Of a stretch of 64,000 nt of DNA, positions 34,915 through 47,900 are shown one piece after another. Under the pieces are notes generated by a model. That model saw only the letters and a program-made list of their open reading frames with translations, ran no database searches and was not told where the DNA came from. This DNA is from Monocercomonoides exilis PA203. Its lineage: Eukaryota; Protista; Preaxostyla. How positions within the stretch are numbered: position 1 is the stretch's first letter; each line of letters opens with the position of its first letter. The DNA lies in assembly GCA_001643675.2 (NCBI GenBank), contig LSRY02000001.1, forward strand, positions 558,001 through 622,000, in the 5' to 3' direction. The position numbers were made by a program, and so were the translations under genes.

Positions 34915-37017
34915 GGGTCAGTTATTTATCGGGACCTTTTTTTTAACGGCGCCAAAATTTTAAAATAGATAATTAATATTCCCACTTTTTATATATTAAT
35001 TAACATTATCAGTATATAAGCAAACCCTGAAAATTAGGATAATTACATTTGAATACGAAGCCTATTTCCAATGGGAAGGAGATGTGGGGGTTAATCCCTT
35101 CCATCGAAAAAAATAATTAAATAGGTGGGTAACAAGGGGTGTGAAACCATTTTAATTCGTATTGAATGTAAATAAAAATTAAATTTCAATGAAAATAGAA
35201 AATTTTAATTTAAATTGAAATTTATAAATTAATAAATTGGACTTCAGATCATTACCATAATAAAAAAATGAAAATTGCTGTGGAACAAAAGAAAATTGCT
35301 GGACAAAGGAAATTACGTGGTGCGATGATATCTTTCGATTACAGAATGACAGACAATCAGCTGGAACTGACGGCACGCATAGTGGTGGATGGAATTGTCA
35401 GGATCACAGACGCAATTAGCTCCATGGAATTCTCACGCAAAAGGATCAAAAATACTGTTCGGGCGCTGAGAAGCAAAAGGCTGGTTTTAAAAGTTGGAAG
35501 ACCGTGATTTGTGATAGGAGACAAAGAACAAATTGTGCTGGATGAAATTATCATTGAATCAAGATCTGGAAGCTGTTTGCCTATTCGGTAGGTTCGCGAA
35601 CTGGTTTGTTGTTCTTAAATAATTAATAATTCAAATAAATATATTAGACGGATAATGTGATTAATAATAAAGATGACGAAGACGCCCCAAACATTAACGT
35701 TTCAATGGGAACCTCTAACCAATTTGTGAAGCGCCATCCCGAGCTGAAGAGAAGTTCACCGAAAAACATTGATGTTAATTGCATTGTAGTGTCGTGCCAA
35801 AGTGTTCTGCAGCCCTGGTATTCATTGCTGGACGGCTAACATGAAAAAAATGAATACTGCAAAGAACTGATATTCAACATGGATGAGTCATCACTAAGAG
35901 TCCCAACCAATTCAAAGCTAAGTGTGGTTCATCAAAAAAATAAAAGTCCAGGACTTCGCAAAGAACCAACGAAAATTGCGAATTCTTCTCTTGTTGCTGC
36001 TGTGGCTGCTGATGGATTTGCACTTCCTTCTGTGATTCTATGGCCTCGCAAGAGTCTTCCTGATGAAATGAAACCGCTGCTGTCGCAGACTCTGGATATC
36101 TGGCCGAACGGAAGTGGTTGGATGGGCTGCAATCAATTCAAAAAGAACGCGCTCACAATACTCCTTCAAGGAATTATCGATCGCAGAAAGCGTATGTCAC
36201 TGGAAAACTCTTGCTGCTTGCTTCTCATCGACTCACACATTTCTCGCGCAGATCCAACAATCTGGAGAGAATTTCAAAAAGAAAATATCGACGTCGTCAC
36301 CTTCATTCCTCACAGCACACATATCGCACAGCCTCTTGACAGAGGAGTCTTTGTTGTTCTCAAAACAAAACTGCAAACAAAATATGATCTTTTATCTTCT
36401 TTAACATCTTCATCAAAAATAACAGCTCTTGTGGATGTTCTCCCTCAAGCAATTCATTCCGCCCTCTCACCTGCTGTTATAAAAAAAACCTTCGAACCGA
36501 GTTGAGTTCTTCATAACGAATCTGGACCGATTCTCATGAAGCTTAAAGAAGCATCAGAATATCAACCTTCATCACATTCAAACAGATTCGATTTCTATGG
36601 CAAGTTAATTACTGATGAGAAGCTTCTGAATGATTGGAGTGAACATTTGGGAATTAAAGAAGAAGAAAAAGTTGAAAAAGTTGAAAAAGAAGAAAAAGAA
36701 GAAAAAGAAGAAAACGAAGAAAAAGTTGTTGATAATAAGAATTCTACTGAAGAAATGAAAAAAGAAAAGCAAAAAGAAGATAATGAGTTAAAGTCTTTAG
36801 TTGAAATGAAAAAAATAAAAAGAAAATTTGAAGTGAAAGAAGATGATCATGAAAATGAAAAGGAAGAAATCAATGGAATTGAAAGAAAAAAGGGAAAAAG
36901 AAAAGAAATACTTAAATTGGATTCGTCATTTGTGTTTTTTTAATTTTTATTTAATTTTTTTTCATAACAAAAAAAAGGTCCCAATAAAAAAAAAGGTTCC
37001 CCATAAATAACTGACCA
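34915..37017 (+). mobile_element. pogo-family (Tc1/mariner superfamily) DNA transposon, full length but inactive
   Basis: TIRs GGTCAGTTATTTATCGGGACCTTTTTTTT (from 34916) and AAAAAAAGGTTCCCCATAAATAACTGACC (to 37016), plus a subterminal partial repeat at ~36970-36988. They enclose a DDE_1 transposase. The TSD is ambiguous (possible TA at 34911 and 37018). Confidence 0.85.
35346..36943 (+). pseudogene. pogo/CENP-B-like DDE_1 transposase pseudogene (DD35D)
   Basis: GRP motif, IFNMDES, LLLIDSH and HIAQPLD, with 35 residues between the 2nd and 3rd Asp. A 44-bp intron at 35604-35647. In-frame stops at 35505, 35589, 35837 and 36503. Confidence 0.9.
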
Positions 37018-37893
37018 TAAGCAACAAGGCTTTGATAATATTCTATCTTTCAATTCTTTGTATGGATAAAATAATATCGTTCAATTACGACAAGTCAATA
37101 GTTATCAACGTGATTTTTAATCGGATACTTTATATTTATTGTTCTTCAACTTATACGCTAAAAAATGAAGAACATAGCTTGGAATCAAAAAACAAGAGAA
37201 ATATAAAAACGAGATAATTATTGACATGCTTTGTTTGGAAAATTTGTGAAAAAACGAGAGAAATCAAAAGAAATGTTTAAAACGATTAATAAAAAATATC
37301 GATATAAAGCAAAAAGAATAGAAACGAGAAAATATATATTAAGAAGATCGAAAACATTGTTGCACACAAAACCTCAGAAAATCAATGCGAGAAAAAAAAC
37401 TACATTCTTTAAAATATCTGTAAATTACGGTCTATTTCCTTTGTTTTCAGCATTTTTTGCTGATAAATTGTCCAAACATTAAACAGAAAAGCACAGAATT
37501 TGGTTAGATGCAAAGATAAGCAAATGTGGTACATAGAAAAGAAGAAACAGAAAAAATTCAACTCTTAGGATGTCAGAATACCAGAAAAAAGATTGGCCGA
37601 AAATTTAAATTGAATTGAAAGCGAACTGAAGTTGCCTCCCCCATTAAATTGAAGATTGACTCATTATTTTTAGAATCTTGAGAAGAAAAGATTGACAAAA
37701 GACGAAAAAAACTAATAAATAATACCCTTAAAAATGGAAAACCTTTGACATGAAACACACTTAAAACGCAATCAAAAAAAGAAAAAGCCACATATTCGGA
37801 GCTGACATTGTATTAATATTGATTATTATCTCAATCCTCAAATAGATGGCATTCTCTTGTTCAACTTTCCTAAGCGATCGAACATCTCCCGCT

Positions 37894-39898
37894 TTACTCT
37901 TCGCCTTTGTCTTCAACGTTCACTACGCTCAATCCTTCATGCTCCTCAACCCTTCCTTCCAGTCCTTCCTGCACCTCTTCTATCTCTTCCTCGTTCTGGA
38001 TAAGTGATGATCCGACACTGCTCCCAGCATCCCCGCCTTCTCCGATCTCGCTGCTTCCATCAGTATCGATGGAGCTCATTTCCTGTGCCCTCGTTCCTGC
38101 TTTCGGGTTGAGTGCTCCGTGTAGTGTTGTTGATGTCACACGCTCAGCAGAGGTCGGTGCCAGCCAGATCATCAGCATCCACCCAAACACCGCAGCTATG
38201 CAGTGCGACGCAAGAGACATGATGGCTCGGCCGCGCCCACCAAGAAACGGGCTTCCGATCAGACACGTCATGAACATTGCACAGACTACGATGACGTAAA
38301 TGACAAACACCCTGTAACGTCCTTTGATGGCACGCGGATGCTGGCGAGATACAACAAAGCACCGGATGCAGGTGTATAGGAACCACATCGCCCAGATCAG
38401 CACCAAAACGAGCGACACGATGGCAATGGCGGTCTGTGCATATGTCTCGTTCAGATATCGCTCAACAACAGGATCAGAAATCTCAGTGATCGACAGAATC
38501 TGGTAGAAGATGTAGAAGATGCCTGCATATATCATCCGAGGAAGCACAAAACTGAACCAGTTTCCAAGCACAGATTTGTTGAATAAAAAAAATGAAAATG
38601 ATGAGAGTCGCAAGAAGTTAAAATTTTTGTTTGAAATATATTCGATTTTCATTTAAAAAATATTTTTTCAAAGATAAATAAAGAAAGAAAAACAATTATA
38701 TTCATTGCAAACCCTTTGAATGTGGTTTTTCTTGTGATAAATCCTCCGAGCAATGTGAGAATAAATACCATTGAAAACGACAAGAAGAGTGAGGAGAAAA
38801 TGCAGTCAAATACAGAAACCACGATTGATTTCAAAGTGACAGATAAGAAGAAAATTGGATTATCAAATAAGATATCGAAGATCACGTAGAACACCAGCCA
38901 CTATGTTCAAATAAGAAAAACATTATTTGATTAACACAAAAATATTCAATAAAAAAAGGATGGCAGACTATTTGCTCCACTGTTTTCTTTTCTGTATGGC
39001 TGAAAAACATGTAAATAAACCATCCAAACAATATGCATGTAATAAACAACTGTACGTAACGATATATAATTTGGAAGTAAGTGTAAAGCTCGCTACTATA
39101 TGTTTGCACCATATAAATGTCTCCAACTGCTTCATAAACAGCATCTTTGACTTCAGCTTGAGCGCTATAAAAAAGAATAGACAAATCATAATCTCCTGGT
39201 TGGCCTGTGTAAAGTGTAATCTACAAAAAGAACAATAAATTTTTAATAAATGCAAATATTAGAATTATATATACTTCAGAACAGTTTACAGATCCAACAT
39301 TACAGCTTACAACATGTGATTGACTGTACGTTTCAGTTTTTTGAGTTTTGTAGTTTGTAATGTTAAAAGTGATTTTCAAAAGAATGTTAAATCCAATATT
39401 TTGATCTTTGTGTGTTGGAATCATTCCAAAGCTAGTGAAAAGCCAATTTGAACGAGAATAATGAGATGAATAATTTATTGGTTTTGTTTCCTAAATTGAA
39501 ATTTAATTTCATTAAAGTTAATACTCGTTATCTATTGAATCAATTTCGTATGCGCAAACGTTAAATAATCGTAAATCTCCTCCACTGCAGATTGCTGAAT
39601 CAAAATCTGTTGTTCCTGGAGGACATCTCCACGTCGATGTAGTTCTGACATCATAAATTCTTTTTATTGCAAAAGTTGAGAATGAAAGCGCCTATGTATT
39701 GACCATTGTCGAAACATTGCATTCATTTTTAAAACAAAATGAAATGTTCTCAATGTACATAACACAAAGCAAAAAACATACGAAAATATATATCAAGCTA
39801 ATGACAATGGATAATATCAATCCACAGTGATTGAAAAACTTTGTTTCAAAGCATTGAGTTGAATATGGTCTCTTTGCTCCACGATTCTGCTCGGACAT
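37894..39898 (-). CDS. TMEM181/Wntless-like multi-pass membrane protein, multi-exon
   Basis: N-terminal TM, a lumenal beta domain with a Cys pair (VSCNVGSVNCSE), then FQIIYRY...VEQ-W...DNPIFFL...FVLPRM. This parallels the TMEM181 motifs (EIWFRF; EQKW; NDPFFPL; FYLPK). Several further TM helices and an acidic tail follow. Confidence 0.65.
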
Positions 39899-40510
39899 TT
39901 TTATTAGAGATCATACCCATTTCTTCTCATCAAAATCATTTAAAGTTTTTACCGTTGAGCATAATAAACATCAATGCTTATCTAAACTATACGAACAAAA
40001 AAATTGTTTATTTGATAAGATAAAAAGAACAAATCAACATGACTTTAGTATTTGAAATGCTTGCGAGAAAGATTTAAAGATTGTTTGGAAATGAAAGTGA
40101 AGTGATTTATAAATAGAGGTTTCAAGTTGCAGTATTACACAAAAATAAAAAACGAGAGCGATATTTTAAATAGCAAAGGTATGCAAAGGAATTGCCGAGA
40201 ACATTGCGCCTCATTGAATTTTTATTCAGTGAGGAATTTCGATGAGAATGAAATGAAATGAAATGAAATGAAAAATCCACCAAATAATAAGACATATTCG
40301 CAATATGTAAATACATTGGTGTAACGTTTGTTTCGATTCAAATGCTGAGCAAAGCAGACATTTCAAACATTCTGATGATGACAGAAAAAAAAAACATCCA
40401 AGCATTTCTTCAATTAGCAATAACCTGCACTAAATGTGTTGACTCTGCTGATGAATTCTGTTGTGTATGTATGAGAAAACAAATCTCCACTTCTTCCTGC
40501 TCTGTGCAAT

Positions 40511-43500
40511 TCACACGTCAATTTCGTGCTCCCCTTCGAACTCGTCCGCATCCAGTTCGTTCGGGAAGAAGATGTCCAGCAGTTTTTCTGCTTTGCTCTT
40601 CAGCTGCCCAACAGGCGTTGACTGAGCAATTGTGAAAAGCTCATCCACAACTCCTTCCTGAATCATCATCGTCTTCATGTTGGAGTGCCAGAACACATCA
40701 AAACGGGCTTTTTCGCTCTGCCTTCGCTTCTTTGACACCTGCCTGGAATGTGAAAGGGATTGCTTGAAACCAAATCTGCTTTTCCCTCGCTTATCTTTTT
40801 TATTATGCTCGTAATTGTCATCTGACTCTTCTTCTTCTTCCTCTTCCTCTTCAATATCATCACCATCACCATCATCTTTCATTTTTGCTTTTCTTTTATC
40901 ATTAAAGTAATTACTGCTATCAAATGGTATTTTTTTGCTGGTTAATTCATTATACCCAGAAGATGACGATGATTTATAAGAAGAATAGTTTCGATTATCT
41001 CTTGTTCTCTTCTGTGCTGACGCATTCCCCTCATTCAGGAATTCGTCTTCATCATAACTCTCTTCGCTTTCCTCTGTTTCTTCATTCGTGTAATCATCAT
41101 CATCATCATCATCTTCTTCTTCTTCGTCATCATCACTTTCTTCTCCTTCCATTTTATAACCAGAATTTCTTCCAAATCTCAAATTCTCTCCAGACAAGCT
41201 CTTTGAGGAAGATGATGAAGTAACTGGCAGAATTGATGACAATTCCTGCCACGCCTGCTCCAATTCATCGCTTTCTCTGCACTGATGTTCTGCTTCCTGA
41301 TTACCAATCTTCTCCTTCCTCTTCTCTTCCTCTTTCTCCATCTTTCTCCTCCTCCTCTTCTTCTCTTCTTTCTTCCCCACTTTCCCATTCACTTGCATCA
41401 ACCCCATCCGCTTCGCCCTCTCAATCATCACCAGCAGCGCCTCCAGCAGCGACAGGCAGTTCAGCACCATCACTGCGCTGCTGTGGTACTTTTCCATCGC
41501 AGCACTCAGCAGAAGAGGGAAATGCTCACTCAGCAAAAAGTCTGCAAAGGTCATTGAGCCTGTCCGCAGCATCAGACTCAGCACAAACGACACGGCTTCT
41601 GAAATGACTTCGTCGCTGCGAAACTGCTCTCGAGCACGCAGCGCAAATTCGTCGTCTTCAGAAGAAGAGGAAGAGGAAGAGGAAGTGGAAGAAGAAGAAG
41701 TTGTTGTTGATGATGATGAATCGCTCTTTTGCGCATTCAACTCTGTCTTTTCGCAGAGCTCGTCTGTGATGACTGCCTTTGCCGACAGCACCGCAAACTT
41801 GTTCTCTGCCAGCTCCTCCACAGCCTTCGGCGACAGCAGAACCATGTTGGCTGCAGCTCGAAACGCATGGAAGCGAATTTTTGGAGAATGATGCGCAAAA
41901 AGCAGGACGAGAAAGGGCAGAAAACCAGATTCTGCTGCGATTGTAGCGTCTGTCTCTGTCTGTGAGGTGAAGTTGCAGAAGAACGAGCAGATTTCTGAAA
42001 GCAGCTCGGCAGCGTCGGACTCGTCTTCAAAGGCGCTTCCTTTGTGAAGACTGGGGAAAGGGAGTTCGAAATGAGTAATAAAAATTTTAATTATTTAATA
42101 AATAAATAAATAAATTAAGAGAAAGAAAATGCGTTTGAATATTTTGTTTTTGGATGAAAAAAAAAAAAAAAGTAAACATTTCTGCCAGAAAAGCCAACTT
42201 TAAAAAAAACTAATTCAAAAATAATGTACGAATCCCTTTCTCCCTCTTCCTCGCTTTCTCTTTCTCTTTCTCTCTTTCTATCTTTACCTCATTCATTCAT
42301 TCATTCTTTCTTTCTCCTTTCTCTTTAAATGCACACATTGAAGCAGTGATTTCGATGATCCTTCTGATCACCTGTGTGTCTCTCAAGCATTCTCTTCCCT
42401 CAGGAATTCTTGCCAGAAACGTGGCACAGCGCAGCGCATCCAGAAGTGTGTTGGTTTTTGTTTGGGGAACCGAAGAAGAAGAAGAAGAAGAAGAAGAAGA
42501 AGAAGAAGAAGAAGAAGAAGATGATGATGATGATGAAGCAGATCCTCGCTCATCTGTATCTGAGTTTATTTTTGTTTCAGTTAAATTTGAAGAAGAAGAT
42601 AAAGAAGACTGGAACGGTGATGGAGTTGAATTAGAAAATGGAAAAGAGTCTGGAAATAAATCGACCTGATCTTCTTCGTTTTCTGAGTCAATAGCATCAT
42701 TATCATCTTCCTCATCTTCTTCGTTTCTTTCATCATCTTCTTCGTCTTCGTCTTCGTCTTCATCTTCATCTTCATCATCGTCACTTTCAAAATCCCCACC
42801 TTTTCTATTCTTCCGTTTTCTTTTAGAGCCATTTAAACGTCTGCTTGAACGCTTCACAGTGTCATCAATCTTTTCGTTTTCTGGAAGATTGTCAAGAAGG
42901 TTGTCGTTCCAGTACAGGAAAATAATCAGCTGAGCAGCAATGCTTTGCACAATGAACAGCGGCACCACATGACTTGACTCAGAAAGCGTTGTCTTTGGAT
43001 TCTCAATGAAAGAGCGCGATCTGGTATCTATGGAAGCTGCAAAATCATGAACAGAAATATGCATTTGGTTCGATTTACAAGAAAAAGAGAATAAATGATT
43101 CAAGAGAATGTTGAGTCTCAGAGAATGAAAAAAGAAAAAATGAAAGCGCAGCAAACAAGTTCTTTCGGAAAACCACTGAGCAACAAGGGACAAAAGCGAT
43201 ATGATGCAAGGAATCATCGAAAGCGGCTCAATTGCCCAGCCGGCTGTGATGCTTTCGTTTTCGCTTATCATCACCTGATTTGGCGTAATCTCTGGGAAAA
43301 CAATACTTTTCGGTCTGCAAACTTTTTCAAATTTAGAGTCTGACTTAACTATATATTTGTCATCTCTGATATTGCCCGTAAGGAGCCAGTACAAAACTTC
43401 CAAAAATCCTGCTTCTATGATCCTTTCATCAAGAGGATCAATATCCGTTAATATATTTGTAATGCACCACGTTGCTTGAAATCTTATTCTGCTTATTTTT

Positions 43501-44145
43501 GATGTCATGCATTTGATGACTTCAATGTGCCCATTTTCCATAACTATTTGATCAACATAATCCCTGTGCTCAACAGCAATGTTTGAAAGTATCCATAGAG
43601 CAAGATATTGATGATACGGATGCTTCAAATCTGAAGTTATTTGAATAATTCTTGGAAGAGATCCAGCGTCAATTATTGTTTGCGTGGGTGTTTTGCACAG
43701 CGAAGCTGATACGAGAATTAGTATTTCTTTGAGAGCTAAAAGTCTCTTGTTTGGCTGTTTATCATCAAGATAGGACAACATTTCCGACAACCTTGAAAGC
43801 TAAAAACAATAATGAATTAAAAAATTGATATTATGAAAGAATGAAAAAACTTTTTGCTGGATATGCCGAGGAAGTGAAAGGAAATCTTCATTCTGTTTTG
43901 ATTTTCGTTTTGATGACAAAACAGAATAACGATTTAGCATTCTAAATAAAGCCACTTCAACTCCCTTATTATATGTACTTTCATCCAAAACGTTGTCTGC
44001 ATAAGTGAAATTTAAAAACCGCAATTACGAAAAAAATAGTTTCCATGAATAACGATAAAAATAGCAAATATAAACCTCTCTCAAAATATATCTTTCGATA
44101 GTTAGATCTTGCGCTTGCTATGTTTTCCTGCAAAGCCAAAGACAT
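40511..44145 (-). CDS. Divergent importin-alpha-like armadillo-repeat protein with large acidic/Ser insertions, multi-exon
   Basis: ARM helices QYLALWILSNIA and FQATWCITNI carry the W-xxx-N NLS-binding signature. Basic N-terminal region. The C-terminus GVVDEL...AEKLLDIFFPNELD resembles the importin-alpha ARM10/CAS-binding end. ATG inferred at 44145. Confidence 0.7.
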
Positions 44146-44206
44146 AGCATGAAAACTGAATGTTCAAAGTCAATAAAAAAATATGTTGGTATACTTCCCA
44201 AAAGAA

Positions 44207-44409
44207 AATGTTTTCAAAGGATAGATTCAATATTGTGCAAAATTTTTACAATAATGAAAAAACTGAAATTTGTTTCAAACTTTTCCTGCAATTATATCAC
44301 AATTAGTCAAACACAATAATGCAAAAAATTTTTAAAAAAAAAAATGAGAAAAATATAAGAAAATGAAGAATGGAACAAAAGTTATAAAACAAAAAATTTT
44401 GTCCTGAAT
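44207..44409. repeat. ~200-bp degenerate direct repeat, copy 1 (immediately upstream of the importin-alpha-like gene)
   Basis: Shares colinear blocks AATGTTTTCAA, ATGAAAAAACTGA..TTTG.TT.AAACTTT..CTGCAATTATATCA and AAGAATGGAACAAAA...ATAAA.CAAAA.ATTTTGTCC with 53269-53482. Confidence 0.75.
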
Positions 44410-44920
44410 GCTAAATAGTATCATTAAAATGATTTTTTTAAATTTCCTGTTGAATTTCACATGGTAGCGAATGAATTTTTGTTGATCAAAAATGAATCAT
44501 TTATTCTATTGCAAATTCTATTGTTTCTTTTGAAAAAAGAAATATTAAAAAGAATTTCTCTTGAAAATAAAAACACTTCTGACGAATTGAAAATGATACC
44601 AGTCATTGTGAAATGAATATTTTCATTTCAAGATAACTAACATGTTTCCCAACTCAACAAACTGGTGCTGTGTTTGTGCTACTTGTCACAGGAAGGGTGA
44701 ATAAGAATTGTAATTGGAAGAACATACATGTAAAACGCAAGTTAACATCAATAAAACAAATATTATGGAAAAAAAAAAAAAAAACGTAAAAGATGAAACA
44801 AAAATAGAAAATATATTTCGAACGAATAACAACTTGCTGAATACACACACGCAAATAAGAAATGCAAAATGCATTTCAATAAAAAAAATATATAACTTTT
44901 TTTTTTTTTAAAATTCCAGC

Positions 44921-47900
44921 TTATTTTCCATTAACAAGTAGCGTTTTCGAATTGCTCCTGCCTGACTCATCACTTTCTTTGCTCTCTTCATTTTCTCTCT
45001 GGCAATCCGAAAAGCATTCATAATCAACAGCATCTGAAATCGTAACAATCACTGCCCCCGGCGGAAATCGCTGGATGAACTCCCGCTTCAATTCCATCAG
45101 CTTCGGCCGATCTTTTGCTTCTTGGCTCAAGCACGTCTTCACACATTCATGCAACGATGACTCTCCATCTGCTCTATTCGTAGGCCTTTCACCATTCACA
45201 ATTTTATCTCCAGCCAGCTCAGCTTCATACTCACCAAATGGTACATCAAGCGTCAGGCACTCCCACAGCATCATCCCAATCGAGAATGCCACCGACTTCT
45301 TTGTTGCTCCCATCTTCTTGTTCATCTGTAATTCAGGCGCCTTCCACCTCAAGCACTCTTTTTTGAAATCATCCTCATCCTCAAACGCTGATGAAGGCGG
45401 AGGCGAGTCTGTGAACCTCTCGCTCAGAACAGAAATATTTGAAGAAGAAGAAACAATACTCAATGAAGAGATGGAAGATGAGTCTGAATCTGAAGAAGAG
45501 CAGTCAGAATGCATCGTAACACAGATCACCATGTGCTCAGAAAACAAAACAATGTGGGGACTCAGATTATCAAGAGATTGAAGAGGAACTTCCATTTCAT
45601 CAAATGAGTGGAGCGCCAGATTCGCCACCCAGAACAGGATCTGAGCAGCTGTCTGCTCCCTCTGTTGGAGGGTTCCAATAACCATCTCCTTCTTCTCATT
45701 CCGCCCATGAAGCAGCATAAACAGCGAATCTCGCAGGTCCACAATCAGCTTCTCATGAGGAGACGAGCATGCCATTGCATCCACCAAGTTTGACATTGAT
45801 GAGGTTGTTGGGCACAGATCTTCCCCTCGAACAAATGTGGAATCTGAATCAGTTGTTGAAGTGGATGAGATGGATGGAGATGGTGTTCTCTTTCTTGTCT
45901 CTTCTTCTTTCTCATCGACCTTCTCCAGCATCCATTGAGGAATCTTGTCTGAGTCTCTTCCCAATATATATTCGGTTGAGCCACTCTCAGAAAGAAGATG
46001 CTCAGATGACTCTGAATGTTCTAATGTCTTGGCATAAACCCTCTTCTTCATTTTCTCTTCATTCTTCTTTTCAGTTTCCCTCTCTGCTCTCCTCCACTGC
46101 TCTTCTGGCGACATCTCCATCGTCACCATCTCAAATGCCTTCGGATCCTTTTTGATATTATCATTCACAATCTCTCTCAGATCTTCTGCTTCATTCTTCA
46201 CCTTCTTCCAACGAACAATGAATATTATTGATACAACAAGAACAATCAAAAACAGAACAACAAGCACAATCACAATCAACAACCAATAAGATTTTCCTTC
46301 TTTTCCTCCTTCAACAAGTTTTTCATCTCCACTTGTTTTTGATTCACTCTTGTTTTTCAGAATAAATGAATCAGTGGCTGATGGCAAATCAGCTTTTCCA
46401 AATAAAATACACACGCTCACTTCTGCCTCGCTCGGCACGCCTTCAATTGTCTTCACAGGAACAGACCCATGCACCTCTTCTTCTGATATGAAACCGCTTG
46501 CATCAAACGAATATTTCTCAACCACCTCCTCATCCCCAACTGCAACAACTGTCTTGAACGAGAGGTTGCACGGAAGGAGAACCGATCCTCTGAACACGAT
46601 ATCCACCTTCTCCCCTGACTTTTCCAATGACACACTCTCCACCCTCGGAATGAAAAATGGTGATTCTCTTTCTCCTGCAATCCCTTCCAGTGAGCACCCT
46701 TCATCCAATATCCACAACGAGGTATTGTCCTTCACTCCATCCCCTCCCTTCAAACTCGTAACTTTCAATTTTGCTGTGTTTTCACACAAAATATTCCGCC
46801 TTGCCGATCCATAATTCGCTATTGATAGATTATTATTCTCAAATTTCCCATCAAATATCTCCACACTTCCACATGATAAGGAAAGCCCTCCATTTTCTGA
46901 ATTTGCCAGTGTCGAGTCCTTCATCAATCCGGAACAATTCTGAAGATCAACCATCGACCCATTCCACAGGCACAGATTTTCGAGTGAATCTTCGTTGACT
47001 CCAAACTGTTGCACGCCCGCTGCTCCATCAAACACGCACGAAGATAAGTCAACATCTGTTAAATTTGTTAAAGTCGCAATTCTCCCTTTGTATGAAGAAG
47101 AAATGCATTTTTGGCTGGTGCAATTCTCCAATTCCATCAACAAATACGAAGATGAAGATGATGAAGCCAAGCAGCACGAACCAAATGATTCTCTCGTTAT
47201 GTTTTGATATGTTGACTGCTTCAGCCGGAATGTCGACGCATTTGATGTCACACTCATTGCACATCCTTCTCTGAGCTTCGCGTTCGAAATGGCCAAGAAA
47301 TTCATCTCAACATTTGCATCTGCGCATTCAACAGAAAGCAAAGAACCAGATAGCACAGATATAGCATCGAATTCTGAATGATTACATTGGATATTTGAAT
47401 GATCTCCTGAACCGTCTGAGGAAAGCACAATCAAGCTTGCTGTGCTCTCTGCATTTCGGATTTGAACCTTCTGCAGCTGGGAGTCTTTGCAGTTGCGAAG
47501 GAGAAGGGCGGATTGTTCAAGTGTGCAACTGGAAATAAGCACCTGCTGCATTGAGATGTTCATCAGATTGCGGAAATCAAATAACCCTTTGCAATTCATA
47601 TCAGAAATATTCAAGTCCACAAATGAACAACATTGGCCGCCTCTTGCTGCCACGCATGAAGAACCGAGGCAGAGAGAGGCAAAAGTGCATCCGTTGATCG
47701 ATAATCTGCCATTCTTAACGAGAATTATGGAGCAGTTCAGTTTCATTTCAGAGTTTCCACCCCAATCTTCTTGAGCAAATGCTGTATCTGCAATAGACAA
47801 GTTGCCATCAATCAGAGATAACAAACTGGAATGAGAAGAAGAAAAAGCGCTTCCAAACAAAAACGTGAGAAATTCCATTTTCACTCTCGACGAGCACGAA

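Noticed and set aside
35505-36505. Stop-codon reassignment or readthrough rescuing the transposase (some oxymonads read TAA/TAG as Gln)
   Set aside because: All three stop types occur in frame. The long genes in the window contain no internal TAA/TAG and terminate with TAA, TAG or TGA, indicating the standard code.
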